NCBI GenBank assembly: GCA_963765765.1
Contig: CAVXYC010000027.1
Span: 128,001 to 192,000 of the forward strand
Length of the DNA: 64,000 bases
DNA from: an uncultured Chloroflexia bacterium
GTDB taxonomy: Bacteria > Chloroflexota > UBA6077 > JACCZL01
Direction: 5' to 3'
This document shows, piece by piece, positions 18,874 to 28,440 of this stretch. Both the position numbers and the translations under genes were made by a program. How positions within the stretch are numbered: position 1 is the first letter of the stretch; each line of letters begins with the position of its first letter. The notes beneath the pieces were generated by a model that searched no databases, had not been told where the DNA came from, and saw nothing but the letters and a program-made list of their open reading frames with translations.

Positions 18874-20817
18874 TTAACGGACACGAACCACCACCATAAA
18901 GAACGCGATGATGACGAGTCCGCCAAAAACTGCCAGGGCATACGACTGCACGCGACCCGTCTGCGCCAGGCGCAAAGCGCCGCCAGCGTTCACCGTAACT
19001 CGCGCGATGCCATTGACCGCGCCATCGATAACACGCCGGTCGAAGTTCGCCAGCGTCGCCGCGCCACCAATGAATATGGTGCCAATCAGCGCGTTGTAGA
19101 GTCGATCGAATCCATACTTATTAATGGCGCCCACGTATATCGGCCGGAATACCGCTGTCATTGTGGCCGGCGAAAGTGCCTTTCTGTAGTACATCGCCCA
19201 TGCGAGACCAATGCCCGCGACAGCGAGAAGTACTGAACCGCCCGCAACCATCACATTTGGCTCCACATGCTCCGGATGGCCGTGCTCTAGAAAGTTTCCG
19301 AAGCCGTTCCCAAAGAGTGGCGCGCCCCATAGACCACTCAGTACGCTGGGTACGGCAAGGATGAGCAGGGGAGCCGCCATCAAGGGGTACTTGTCCACCC
19401 ACCCGTGAGGGTGCTCGTGGCCGCGCTGCTCGCCGCTGAATGTCATGAACACCGCTCGGAACATGTAGAACGCCGTGAGGAACACGGTAATCATGGCGAA
19501 GACGAAGAGCACAACGAAGACGGGCTCCCCGTGAGTTGCCCTATCAAACGTTGCCAGCAGGACCTCATCCTTGCTCCAGAACCCACTGAGTGGCGGGATA
19601 CCCGCAAGCGAAAGTGCCGCGATCACCATCGTGATACCGGTGATACGGAGAGGCTTCCAGAGACCGCCCAGAAGGCGCATGTCTTGCGTGCCGGCGGCGT
19701 GAATAATGCTCCCCGCGGTGAGAAATAGGAGCGCTTTAAAAAACGCGTGATTAAACAGGTGGAAAATGCTGGCTGAGTATGCTCCGGCTCCCAGCGCCAG
19801 CATCATGTAGCCAAGCTGACTAATGGTGGAATAGGCCATGACCCGCTTGAGGTCAAATGACACAACACCCATCGTTGCCGCGAAGATGGCCGTGAATCCG
19901 CCGATCACGGCCACCACCATCATCGCGGTAGCCGAGTGCTCGGTGATCGGCAGCATTCTGGCCATCAGGTAGACGCCGGCCGCAACCATGGTGGCCGCGT
20001 GGATCAGTGCGGAAACGGGTGTTGGGCCCTCCATGGCATCCGGCAGCCACACGTGGAGCGGGAATTGAGCGGACTTACCGACCGCCCCAGCGAATACGAG
20101 CAGCGCAGCGATGGTTACATCGGCGCTCGTGAAAGTGCCAGTCGCCGCCGCTTGCTCGATCTCGGTGAATCCGAGGCCCCCGATTCTCCACCAGATATAG
20201 AGAATGCCAAGGAGCAAACCAAAGTCGCCGAGTCGTGTGGTGACGAACGCCTTCTTGGCCGCTTCGAAAGGGGAAGGACGCTTGTCTACTTCATTCTCTA
20301 ACTGCGGCTCAGCGGGCGGACGGTCATACCAGAATCCGATAAGGAGGAATGATCCGAGCCCAACCCCTTCCCAGAACAGATACACGGCCAGCAGGTTATT
20401 GGACAGCACCAGCCCCAACATGGCGCAGGTAAAGAGACACAAAAACGCAAAGAACCGCCCATATCCGGGATCGAGCTCCCAATGTCCATGGTGCTCGTGA
20501 CGCATGTACCCCTGCGAATATAGGTGAACCAATAAACTGACTGAGGTGACGACAACCAGCATGATTACCGCCAGTGGGTCGACTCGCATGCCGAGCACCA
20601 GCGACTCCGTGGCTCCCAGTGAGAGCCACGGGATACTGACGTCCAGCTCATTGCCCGCCATGACCTCTTGAAAGACCAACAACGAGATGACGAACGACAG
20701 AGCGACGGCCGCTGTAGCCAACGCCGCGGCCGCCTCTTTCTGCCGTCGCAGGAACAAAATGATGAACGCGAAGGCGGCAAAGGGTAGGAGCGGGATGAGC
20801 CAGGCTTGATTGATCAC
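18874..20817 (-). CDS. nuoL: NADH-quinone oxidoreductase subunit L
   Basis: GKSAQFPLHVWLPDAMEGPTPVSALIHAATMV, AYSTISQLGYM, HAFFKALLFL. Confidence 0.95.
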   Translation of the reverse strand: MINQAWLIPLLPFAAFAFIILFLRRQKEAAAALATAAVALSFVISLLVFQEVMAGNELDVSIPWLSLGATESLVLGMRVDPLAVIMLVVVTSVSLLVHLYSQGYMRHEHHGHWELDPGYGRFFAFLCLFTCAMLGLVLSNNLLAVYLFWEGVGLGSFLLIGFWYDRPPAEPQLENEVDKRPSPFEAAKKAFVTTRLGDFGLLLGILYIWWRIGGLGFTEIEQAAATGTFTSADVTIAALLVFAGAVGKSAQFPLHVWLPDAMEGPTPVSALIHAATMVAAGVYLMARMLPITEHSATAMMVVAVIGGFTAIFAATMGVVSFDLKRVMAYSTISQLGYMMLALGAGAYSASIFHLFNHAFFKALLFLTAGSIIHAAGTQDMRLLGGLWKPLRITGITMVIAALSLAGIPPLSGFWSKDEVLLATFDRATHGEPVFVVLFVFAMITVFLTAFYMFRAVFMTFSGEQRGHEHPHGWVDKYPLMAAPLLILAVPSVLSGLWGAPLFGNGFGNFLEHGHPEHVEPNVMVAGGSVLLAVAGIGLAWAMYYRKALSPATMTAVFRPIYVGAINKYGFDRLYNALIGTIFIGGAATLANFDRRVIDGAVNGIARVTVNAGGALRLAQTGRVQSYALAVFGGLVIIAFFMVVVRVR

Positions 20818-20821
20818 GGTC

Positions 20822-21145
20822 TTATCCCTTCAACAAGTCAATCTGGTCGACCCGCACCGTACGGCGGAGTCGATAGACCGCGATCACAATAGCTAATCCA
20901 ACCGCCGCCTCAGCAGCGGCGACCGTAATGATGAAGATGGCGAAGATCTGACCAGCCATCTCCTGCGCAGGCTGGAGATATCGGGCGAAGGCCACCATGA
21001 TGATATTCACGCCGTTGAGCATGAGCTCAATTGAGAGCAGCACCCCGATGGCATTCCGCCGTGAAAGCGCGCCAAACATGCCCAGCGAAAACAGCGCCGC
21101 TCCGAGAACCAGAAAATGCTGGAGTGTGAGCGGGAAAAGTGACAT
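20822..21145 (-). CDS. nuoK: NADH-quinone oxidoreductase subunit K
   Basis: SIELMLN, VAAAEAAVGLAI. Confidence 0.95.
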   Translation of the reverse strand: MSLFPLTLQHFLVLGAALFSLGMFGALSRRNAIGVLLSIELMLNGVNIIMVAFARYLQPAQEMAGQIFAIFIITVAAAEAAVGLAIVIAVYRLRRTVRVDQIDLLKG

Positions 21146-21148
21146 TGG

Positions 21149-21646
21149 CTAATTCTCCCGCGCGATCACGAGCGCGCCAATGAGTGCGGCGGTCAGCAGC
21201 ACAGACGCAATCTCGAACGGCAGCACGTAGTTGGTTAGCAGAAGCTGACCTATCCTTTCCGTGGTAGGTGCATTGACCACATCAGTCCGGATGCGCCACG
21301 GCGTTATCAACATGACACTTGTGGTGATCACGAAGACCACCGTGGACAAGATACCCGCTGCAAGGGTTTGCCCCTGACTGGCGAGGCCTGGAATCTCAAC
21401 TTGGCCAGGTGTGAGCATGATCGCGAACAACATCAGGATCATGATGGCGCCGACATAGATGAGGATCTGCGCCACCGCTAGAAAGTCGGCGTTGAGCAGT
21501 AGATAGACCACGGCAACGCCGCCAAACGAAAGGACGAGTGCCAGGGCGCTTCGAACCATCTCCTTTGAGCGGAGCATTCCTACGGCACCGCACAGGCAGA
21601 CGACGACTGCGACCCAGAATGTGATCGCTGCGAATACGTCCGTCAT
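21149..21646 (-). CDS. nuoJ: NADH-quinone oxidoreductase subunit J
   Basis: QILIYVGAI, PFEIASVLL. Confidence 0.93.
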   Translation of the reverse strand: MTDVFAAITFWVAVVVCLCGAVGMLRSKEMVRSALALVLSFGGVAVVYLLLNADFLAVAQILIYVGAIMILMLFAIMLTPGQVEIPGLASQGQTLAAGILSTVVFVITTSVMLITPWRIRTDVVNAPTTERIGQLLLTNYVLPFEIASVLLTAALIGALVIAREN

Positions 21647-21648
21647 GC

Positions 21649-22455
21649 CTATGTGCCCCCATCAGTCTTTGGGGCGCCTCGGCCGATCCCAGCCGCCGCG
21701 GCGCGCTCTTTGTAGATTCGGGCGCGATCGGAGGCGCTCAGCCCCTCGAGATCAGCAGTCTTGGAGAGAGGACCTCCAGGGCCCGCTGGCGCAGCCGAAG
21801 GCGCGACAGCAGCGGGCGCCGGTGGCGCTTCAGTCCCTGTTGGCGTGAGCGGAGCTCCGGGCGCAGGTCGCGAACCCGGCGGGGGGGCGTCGGCTGACGT
21901 TTGTGCTGGGCGGGCCGGAGTGGAGGCCGCCGCTCCGGCTGCACGAGCGGCCGGAGCAGGCCTTTGAGCCGCTGAAGCTTCCTGACCAGACCTTCCGCGC
22001 TTCACACCCTGGATGTACTCCATGGCAGCATCAACCTCAGGCGTACCCGGAATTCGGAGCTGGTGCATATTGAACACCAGCGACTGCTGGCGATCGTATG
22101 TCCCAAGCTCGAAATCGGGCGCCATGACAATCGCCCTGAACGGACATGCTTCAACGCACAGAGCGCACTCAATGCAGCCGCCCATATCGAGGTCGAAGCG
22201 ATCGAGCACCTTTTTGCGATCGGGCCCCGCCTGATATTCAATTTTGATGACATCCACGGGGCACGCAATCGCGCATGCGCCACATGAGGTGCAGCGGAGC
22301 TCACCGTTCTCCAATTCGTAAATTAGGCGGGGCCGACCACGAGTCCAGGGCGGCATCTCCATCTTCTCTTCCGGGTATTGAATGGTCACCGGCTTCGAGA
22401 AGAAGAAGTGCCGAAGCGTCGTCGCCATGCCCGCCAGAATTCCGAGTCCCAGCAT
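21649..22455 (-). CDS. nuoI: NADH-quinone oxidoreductase subunit I with a long Pro/Ala C-terminal extension
   Basis: VTIQYPEE; two CxxCxxCxxxCP motifs. Confidence 0.93.
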   Translation of the reverse strand: MLGLGILAGMATTLRHFFFSKPVTIQYPEEKMEMPPWTRGRPRLIYELENGELRCTSCGACAIACPVDVIKIEYQAGPDRKKVLDRFDLDMGGCIECALCVEACPFRAIVMAPDFELGTYDRQQSLVFNMHQLRIPGTPEVDAAMEYIQGVKRGRSGQEASAAQRPAPAARAAGAAASTPARPAQTSADAPPPGSRPAPGAPLTPTGTEAPPAPAAVAPSAAPAGPGGPLSKTADLEGLSASDRARIYKERAAAAGIGRGAPKTDGGT

Positions 22456-22461
22456 CGTCGA

Positions 22462-23523
22462 TTACCTCGGCATCAGGTGCGGCAATACGAACGCGACCGC
22501 GAGCGCCGTCAATGCGACGTTCGCCAATGCGATCGGGAAGAGCCGCTTCCACGCGAAATGCATCAATTGGTCGTAGCGGAGTCTCGGCAACGTTCCGCGG
22601 AACCAGAAGAATACGAAGATCAGGGCACTCACCTTGCCCATGAACCAGATGTACGGCGGCAGAATCGGCCCGTCCCAGCCTCCCAGAAAGAACACCGCGC
22701 CCAGCGCCGAGATGACGAAGACGTTGGCGTACTCCGCCAAGAAGAACAGGGCGAAACGCATACCGCTGTATTCGGTATGAAAACCGGCGATGATCTCTGA
22801 TTCAGCCTCTACCAGGTCAAAGGGCGTCCGATTGCTCTCCGCGGTTCCAGCGATCAAGAAGATTAGGAATGCCAGCGGCCCAATGGGGAAGAAAAAAATG
22901 TACCACAGACCTCCGGACTGCGCCTTAACGATGTCCTGAAGCGACATCGAGCTAGCCAGGAGTACAGGTACAAGGACCGCCAAAATGCCAGGTATCTCGT
23001 AGCTTACGAACTGAGCAGCCGCACGCATGCCTCCCAACAGTGAGTACTTGTTGTCAGAGGCCCAGCCCGCCATGACGAAGCCAATGCTCGGCAAGCCGCT
23101 CATGGCGATAACAAAGAGGACCGCGACGTTGAGATCCGCCACCGCCAGCCCTGGTGCAAACGGAATAACCGCCCAGACCATGAGCGAAGCGCCCAGGACA
23201 ATGATTGGCGAGAGAGCGAACAACAGCCTGTCCGCACCCGCGGGGACAATGTCTTCCTTCGTCAGCAGCTTCACCGCGTCAGCGACCGGCTGCAGGAGTC
23301 CGAACGGCCCTACACGGTTCGGCCCATATCGATCCTGCATACGGGCGATGACCTTGCGCTCGAAATATACCAGCGCCATCACTACAACCGGGATGATCGC
23401 GAAGAGAATGGCGATGCCAAGGAGGCTCAAGATGGCGCTGGCGAGCCAGTCAGGCATGAAACTGACTAACACACCGTAAAGCAGGTCTCGGATAAAGCCG
23501 AATGGGTTGTAGATGAAATCCAC
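22462..23523 (-). CDS. nuoH: NADH-quinone oxidoreductase subunit H
   Basis: ERK..ARMQDRYGPNRVGP, NRTPFDLVEAESE, PRLRYDQLM. Confidence 0.95.
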   Translation of the reverse strand: MDFIYNPFGFIRDLLYGVLVSFMPDWLASAILSLLGIAILFAIIPVVVMALVYFERKVIARMQDRYGPNRVGPFGLLQPVADAVKLLTKEDIVPAGADRLLFALSPIIVLGASLMVWAVIPFAPGLAVADLNVAVLFVIAMSGLPSIGFVMAGWASDNKYSLLGGMRAAAQFVSYEIPGILAVLVPVLLASSMSLQDIVKAQSGGLWYIFFFPIGPLAFLIFLIAGTAESNRTPFDLVEAESEIIAGFHTEYSGMRFALFFLAEYANVFVISALGAVFFLGGWDGPILPPYIWFMGKVSALIFVFFWFRGTLPRLRYDQLMHFAWKRLFPIALANVALTALAVAFVLPHLMPR

Positions 23524-24662
23524 TAGCGGTCGACCTCGCCCATAACGATATCGAAGCTTCCCAGGATGACCACTGCATCCGCGACCTTATGTCCAATGAC
23601 GAGTTGAGACAGGACGCCGAGGTTGATGAAGCTGGGAGCACGGACCTTGAATCGATAGGGCGACGTGGTGCCGTCAGAAATCAGGAAGAAGCCGAGCTCC
23701 CCTTTGGGGGCCTCAATTCGGGCGTATGCAGAGCCTTTGGGGGGACGAAGTACTTTGGGTAGCCGCGCACGGAACTCACCCTCGGGAATGTCCGCTAACG
23801 CCTGCTTGAGAATGCGTACTGACTCACGCATCTCCGCGACACGAACCAGGTAGCGATCGTAGCAATCGCCGTTGTATCGAATCGGGACGTCCCAGTCGAA
23901 GCGATCGTAGATTCCGTAGGGCTCCGCACGTCGGACGTCGTAATTGATGCCGCTGGCGCGCGCGATTGGACCGGTGATGCTAAAGGCCTTGGCGAGATCG
24001 GGTGGAAGGTACCCAACGCCGATCGTACGCGCCCTGAAGATCTCGTTGTTCGTGAGAAGTGACTCATACTCATCGATCTTGCCCGGCATCTCGTCAACAA
24101 AAGCGCGGGCCTTCTCGATGAACTCGGGAGTCAGATCACGCGCGACGCCGCCAAAGCGTATGTAACTCGGGTTCATGCGCACGCCCGCGCACAGCCCAAA
24201 AAGATCAAGAATCACCTCGCGCTCACGGAACGCGTACACCAGCGGAGTGAACCACGTGCCCACGTCTGCGCCAAATGTGCCGATTGCCACAAGGTGACTG
24301 GCCAAGCGATTCAGCTCGACCGTAATGACTCGGATGAAGTCACCGCGCTCAGGAATCTCGAGACCGGTAAGCTTTTCTACGGCCAATGCATAGGCAAGGT
24401 TATTGGACATCGGGGCCAGATAATCCATGCGGTCTGTCAGTGTTACCGCCTGGACCCACGTTCGCGCCTCACCGAGCTTCTCGGTAGATCGATGGAGGTA
24501 GCCCATGACGGGTCGCGCGGAAATAACCGTCTCGCCGTCGAGCTGCAGGACCAGTCGAAATACCCCATGCGTGCTGGGGTGCTGTGGTCCCATGTTGAGG
24601 GTCATCTTCCCCTCTTCAGTGGCTTCCGCCACCTCCATGGTCGCGCCCTCAAACATACTCAA
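23523..24662 (-). CDS. nuoD: NADH-quinone oxidoreductase subunit D
   Basis: NMGPQHPSTHGV, GYLHR, EAPKGELG, C-terminal GEVDR. Confidence 0.95.
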   Translation of the reverse strand: MSMFEGATMEVAEATEEGKMTLNMGPQHPSTHGVFRLVLQLDGETVISARPVMGYLHRSTEKLGEARTWVQAVTLTDRMDYLAPMSNNLAYALAVEKLTGLEIPERGDFIRVITVELNRLASHLVAIGTFGADVGTWFTPLVYAFREREVILDLFGLCAGVRMNPSYIRFGGVARDLTPEFIEKARAFVDEMPGKIDEYESLLTNNEIFRARTIGVGYLPPDLAKAFSITGPIARASGINYDVRRAEPYGIYDRFDWDVPIRYNGDCYDRYLVRVAEMRESVRILKQALADIPEGEFRARLPKVLRPPKGSAYARIEAPKGELGFFLISDGTTSPYRFKVRAPSFINLGVLSQLVIGHKVADAVVILGSFDIVMGEVDR

Positions 24663-24724
24663 ACTCCGATGCCAGTCCTGAGGCTGCCGAGCCGCACCGC
24701 GGAATAACGACCGTCATCGCGCCC

Positions 24725-25552
24725 TCAACCATGGTCATACTCCGACGTTCGTCCCGAGAGCGGCGCTTCGCGCTGTTGCTCAGCTCCATAACGAAGATGG
24801 TGAACCAGGACGTACTGGAAGTCCATCTCGAAGTCCTTACGCAGCGGGTGCCCTGGGAAATCGTCGTCCAGAAGAATGCGTCGAAGCTCGGGGTGTCCGG
24901 CGAACTTAATGCCCATGAGGTCGTAGACTTCGCGCTCCTGGTAATCGGCACCCGGCCATAACGGGGTCAGCGAATCGACCAACGGGTTCGCCTCAGGCTC
25001 CAAAGAAACTCTGAGCACGAGACAACCCGGTTGCTTCGCATAGTCATACCCGTAGAGGTGATAGAGCAGCTCCAGGCGATCTTTCCAGTCAACGGCCGTT
25101 ATGGATGACAGATAGTCGTAGCCAAGCTCATCACGCGCGGCTCGCGCCGCCGCGACAAGATTGTCACGATCTATCGTCACTTCAACGTATCCATGAACAC
25201 GCTCCCACTTGAGATCGGGGGCAATGCCCTTGAGCACAGGGAGCTCGGAGGGATCTGGCTCAGGCTCTTCTACCTTAGGTTCCGGCGCGGGCTTGGCAGC
25301 CGCGGCAGGTGCAGGAGCCGCCGGCTTTGGTGCAGCAGGAGCCGTGGGCGCAGGAGCGGACGGTACAGCGGCGGCTGGCGCGGGCGGAGGTGCCGCTGCC
25401 GGGGCGGGCGCATCAGCGCTTGCCGCTGCCGGCGCACGGCCAATACCCGCTGCGGCGGCGCGCTCCTTGTAAATCCGCGCGCGCTCCGACGGAGTTAAGT
25501 TGGCAATGTCGTCCGTCTTAGCGAGCGGGTTGCCGATTGGTTCATCAGCCAT
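24725..25552 (-). CDS. nuoC: NADH-quinone oxidoreductase subunit C with an N-terminal extension
   Basis: ITAVD, EREVYDLMGIKFAGHPELRRIL, GHPLRKDF. Confidence 0.93.
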   Translation of the reverse strand: MADEPIGNPLAKTDDIANLTPSERARIYKERAAAAGIGRAPAAASADAPAPAAAPPPAPAAAVPSAPAPTAPAAPKPAAPAPAAAAKPAPEPKVEEPEPDPSELPVLKGIAPDLKWERVHGYVEVTIDRDNLVAAARAARDELGYDYLSSITAVDWKDRLELLYHLYGYDYAKQPGCLVLRVSLEPEANPLVDSLTPLWPGADYQEREVYDLMGIKFAGHPELRRILLDDDFPGHPLRKDFEMDFQYVLVHHLRYGAEQQREAPLSGRTSEYDHG

Positions 25553-25572
25553 ACGTTCTTCTTGTCTCCGCT

Positions 25573-26178
25573 CTAGCTCTTGTTAGCGGTGGCTTCCATA
25601 TTGATCTTGCGCTGAAGCTGGATAACCGCGTGCAGTAGCGCATCTGGCCGGGGCGGACACCCCGCGATGTACACGTCAACCGGGAGGAAATTATCGATCC
25701 CCGGAACGGTGCTATACGAGCCCTGATAAGGGCCGCCGGCGATCACGCAGGTCCCCATGGCAATGACGTACTTCGGGTCCGACATCTGGTCATAGAGTCG
25801 GCGCACCGCGGGCGCCATCTTCGTTGTGACGGTGCCCGAGACGATCATCACGTCTGCCTGCCGCGGTGACGGACGAAACACCTCTGCTCCGAATCGGGCG
25901 ATGTCAAACCGAGCAGTACCTACGGCCATCATCTCGATAGCACAGCAGGCGAGCCCAAATGTCATTGGCCAGAGCGATGAAGTCCGCGCCCAGGCGATGA
26001 GCGAGTCCAGCGAGGTGACCATTGCGTGGCCCTTGAGGTCCCACGGAACGTCAAGTCGAGACTCGAGAATCTGATCTGCCGGGAGGGGCTGGGCGAAATC
26101 GAGCGTCGTCCGGTCGTCGTCAATGTTAATGACCTTCGGATACTCCTGATTGAACTTGTCGTGGTTATTTACTGACAT
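25573..26178 (-). CDS. nuoB: NADH-quinone oxidoreductase subunit B
   Basis: [22 protein letters not shown]. Confidence 0.95.
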   Translation of the reverse strand: MSVNNHDKFNQEYPKVINIDDDRTTLDFAQPLPADQILESRLDVPWDLKGHAMVTSLDSLIAWARTSSLWPMTFGLACCAIEMMAVGTARFDIARFGAEVFRPSPRQADVMIVSGTVTTKMAPAVRRLYDQMSDPKYVIAMGTCVIAGGPYQGSYSTVPGIDNFLPVDVYIAGCPPRPDALLHAVIQLQRKINMEATANKS

Positions 26179-26202
26179 TGGCCTGGCTCCGTTGGGCGCC
26201 CT

Positions 26203-26559
26203 TTACATCCACTCAAGGTCACCCTTACGCCACGCGTAGGCGTAGCCTACAAGCAAGAACGCGACAAAGATGCCCATCTCAATCAGGGCGAAAAGGCCAA
26301 GCTGGTCGAAAGCCACGGCCCACGGAAAGAGGAAGAGCACCTCCACGTCAAAGATGACGAAGATGAGCGCGTAAAGATAATAACGAGTGCGGAACTGGAT
26401 GTGCGTTGGCCCGATTGTGGTCATGCCGCTCTCATACGGCTGCGATTTCACGGTGTCCGGACGCTTCGGCGCCACGAGCCGCGAAAGCCCCAGTGGCACC
26501 ATCGGAAAGATCAGCGCAACGATGAGAAAGAGCGCAACAGGACCATAAGATTCAAGCAA
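26203..26559 (-). CDS. nuoA: NADH-quinone oxidoreductase subunit A
   Basis: PYESG, FDVEVLFLFPWA, KGDLEW; AAGGAG RBS, TTG start. Confidence 0.93.
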   Translation of the reverse strand: MLESYGPVALFLIVALIFPMVPLGLSRLVAPKRPDTVKSQPYESGMTTIGPTHIQFRTRYYLYALIFVIFDVEVLFLFPWAVAFDQLGLFALIEMGIFVAFLLVGYAYAWRKGDLEWM

Positions 26560-26861
26560 AGTTCGCCCACGTCTCCTTGGCAGGGGGTCCGTTGGCCATT
26601 ATATGCAACCGGAGAGTGCGTTGGACGTTGGCCCAGGCTCAACCACTTTGCCCGAAGACTGCCTGGTGCGCCGGTGTCGTGAGTCCGCGTTTTGTCTCGT
26701 CTCAGTCTGCGCAAGGTGCAACTGAGGGCGAGCCACGCACCGCACTCGAAGCCACTTCTTGCAAAGGGCGATTGCGTTGTGCACGGTCTGCCCCTTCACT
26801 TCAGTCCCACGTTCCAAAGGGCGCGTGATAGCATCCGGCAATCTACAGAATCGGAGATTGC

Positions 26862-28292
26862 ATGGCGCCGCGAGACCTTCGCGCATTCATCAAACAACTC
26901 GAGCAGGCTGGTGAGCTTCGACGCATCGCCGCAGAGGTCAGTCCCCATCTAGAGATCACCGAGATTGCCGATCGAGTCATGAAGACGGGTGGCCCCGCCC
27001 TTCTTTTTGAGAACGTCGAAGGCTCAACAATGCCGGTGCTGATCAACGCGCTCGGATCACGGCGTCGGATGAGCATGGCACTGGGAGTCGACGATCTGGA
27101 CGAGCATGCTCAACGCATTCGGAAGCTCGTCACCATGGCACCGCCATCCGACCTTGCGGGCAAGCTCCGCGCGCTTGGAGATTTGAAGGATATCGCCAGC
27201 ATCGGTCCGCGAGGTGTATCGCACGGCCCGTGTCAGGAAGTGATCGTTCCAGAGCCATCGCTGAAGCAGCTTCCGGTTCTCACTTGCTGGCCTGATGATG
27301 GTGGCCCCTACATCACCCTTGGACTAGTGTTTACGCGCGATCCGCGCACCGCCCGCCGTAACGTTGGGCTCTATCGCGTTCAGGTCTACAACGAGCGAGA
27401 GGCGGCAATGCACTGGCAGATCCACAAGGGCGGTGCGGATCATTACCGTGAAGCCGGTAAGCGGCTGGAAGTTGCCGTCGTCATTGGCGCCGATCCAGCC
27501 ACGGTCTACAGCGCATCCGCGCCGTTGCCACCAACAATCGACGAACTGCTCTTCGCCGGCTTCCTCCGCCGAGCCCCCGTCGAGACGGTGAAATGCCGCA
27601 CCGTTGATATCGAAGTGCCCGCGCAGGCTGAGATCGTACTGGAAGGTTACGTGGATCCGGATGATCTACGGGTCGAGGGCCCGTTTGGCGACCACACCGG
27701 CTACTATTCACTTGCCGACAACTACCCCGTCTTTCATCTAACGATGATGACGCACCGACGTAATCCGATCTATCACACGACCATCGTTGGACAGCCGCCC
27801 ATGGAGGACTACTACATGGGTAAGGCCACGGAGCGACTTTTCCTTCCGCTCATGCAGCTCGTTGCCCCGGAGATCGTGGACGTCAATATGCCGGCGGAGG
27901 GCGTGTTCCACAACCTTGTGCTCGTCTCCATCAAGAAGAGATTCCCCGGTCATGCGCACAAGGTCATGTATGCGCTCTGGGGCATGGGGCAGATGATGTT
28001 CGCTCGCAACATCATCGTTCTGGATGACGACGTGGACGTGCAGAACCTTTCCGAGGTTGCCTGGCGGGTGACCGCGAATGTCGATGCACGGCGAGATCTC
28101 GTCATCCTGGATGGCCCTGTTGACGTCCTCGACCACGCCTCGCCCCAGCCGCTCATCGGCGGGAAGCTGGGTATCGACGCCACGCGCAAGACACCCGCGG
28201 ACGGCTACACCCGGGAGTGGCCGCCCGATATCGTGATGTCGCCAGACATCAAAGCGCTGGTGGATCGTCGGTGGAGTGAATACGGGATCTAG
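26862..28292 (+). CDS. UbiD-family decarboxylase, menaquinone (futalosine pathway, MqnL-like)
   Basis: LEITEIADR, GPALLFEN, EGPFGDHTGYY, GQPPMED, KLGIDAT; next to UbiA and MenG genes. Confidence 0.88.
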   Translation: MAPRDLRAFIKQLEQAGELRRIAAEVSPHLEITEIADRVMKTGGPALLFENVEGSTMPVLINALGSRRRMSMALGVDDLDEHAQRIRKLVTMAPPSDLAGKLRALGDLKDIASIGPRGVSHGPCQEVIVPEPSLKQLPVLTCWPDDGGPYITLGLVFTRDPRTARRNVGLYRVQVYNEREAAMHWQIHKGGADHYREAGKRLEVAVVIGADPATVYSASAPLPPTIDELLFAGFLRRAPVETVKCRTVDIEVPAQAEIVLEGYVDPDDLRVEGPFGDHTGYYSLADNYPVFHLTMMTHRRNPIYHTTIVGQPPMEDYYMGKATERLFLPLMQLVAPEIVDVNMPAEGVFHNLVLVSIKKRFPGHAHKVMYALWGMGQMMFARNIIVLDDDVDVQNLSEVAWRVTANVDARRDLVILDGPVDVLDHASPQPLIGGKLGIDATRKTPADGYTREWPPDIVMSPDIKALVDRRWSEYGI

Positions 28293-28440
28293 TCGTCAGC
28301 ACCCTCTGCAATACGCCGCTGATCCGCTAAGTTCCCATGCTTAGGTCTCGGGTAACCCACCCGGCCAGGACTCCCCGGTGGTGCGCCCTGAAATTTTCCA
28401 TTCGTTACACTTCTTGCGGATCTGATCAAGGAGCCGGCTA

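Noticed and set aside
19250-20510. His-rich loops in NuoL as a novel metal site
   Set aside because: His-rich loops are common in NuoL and AtpB, and there is no further support here
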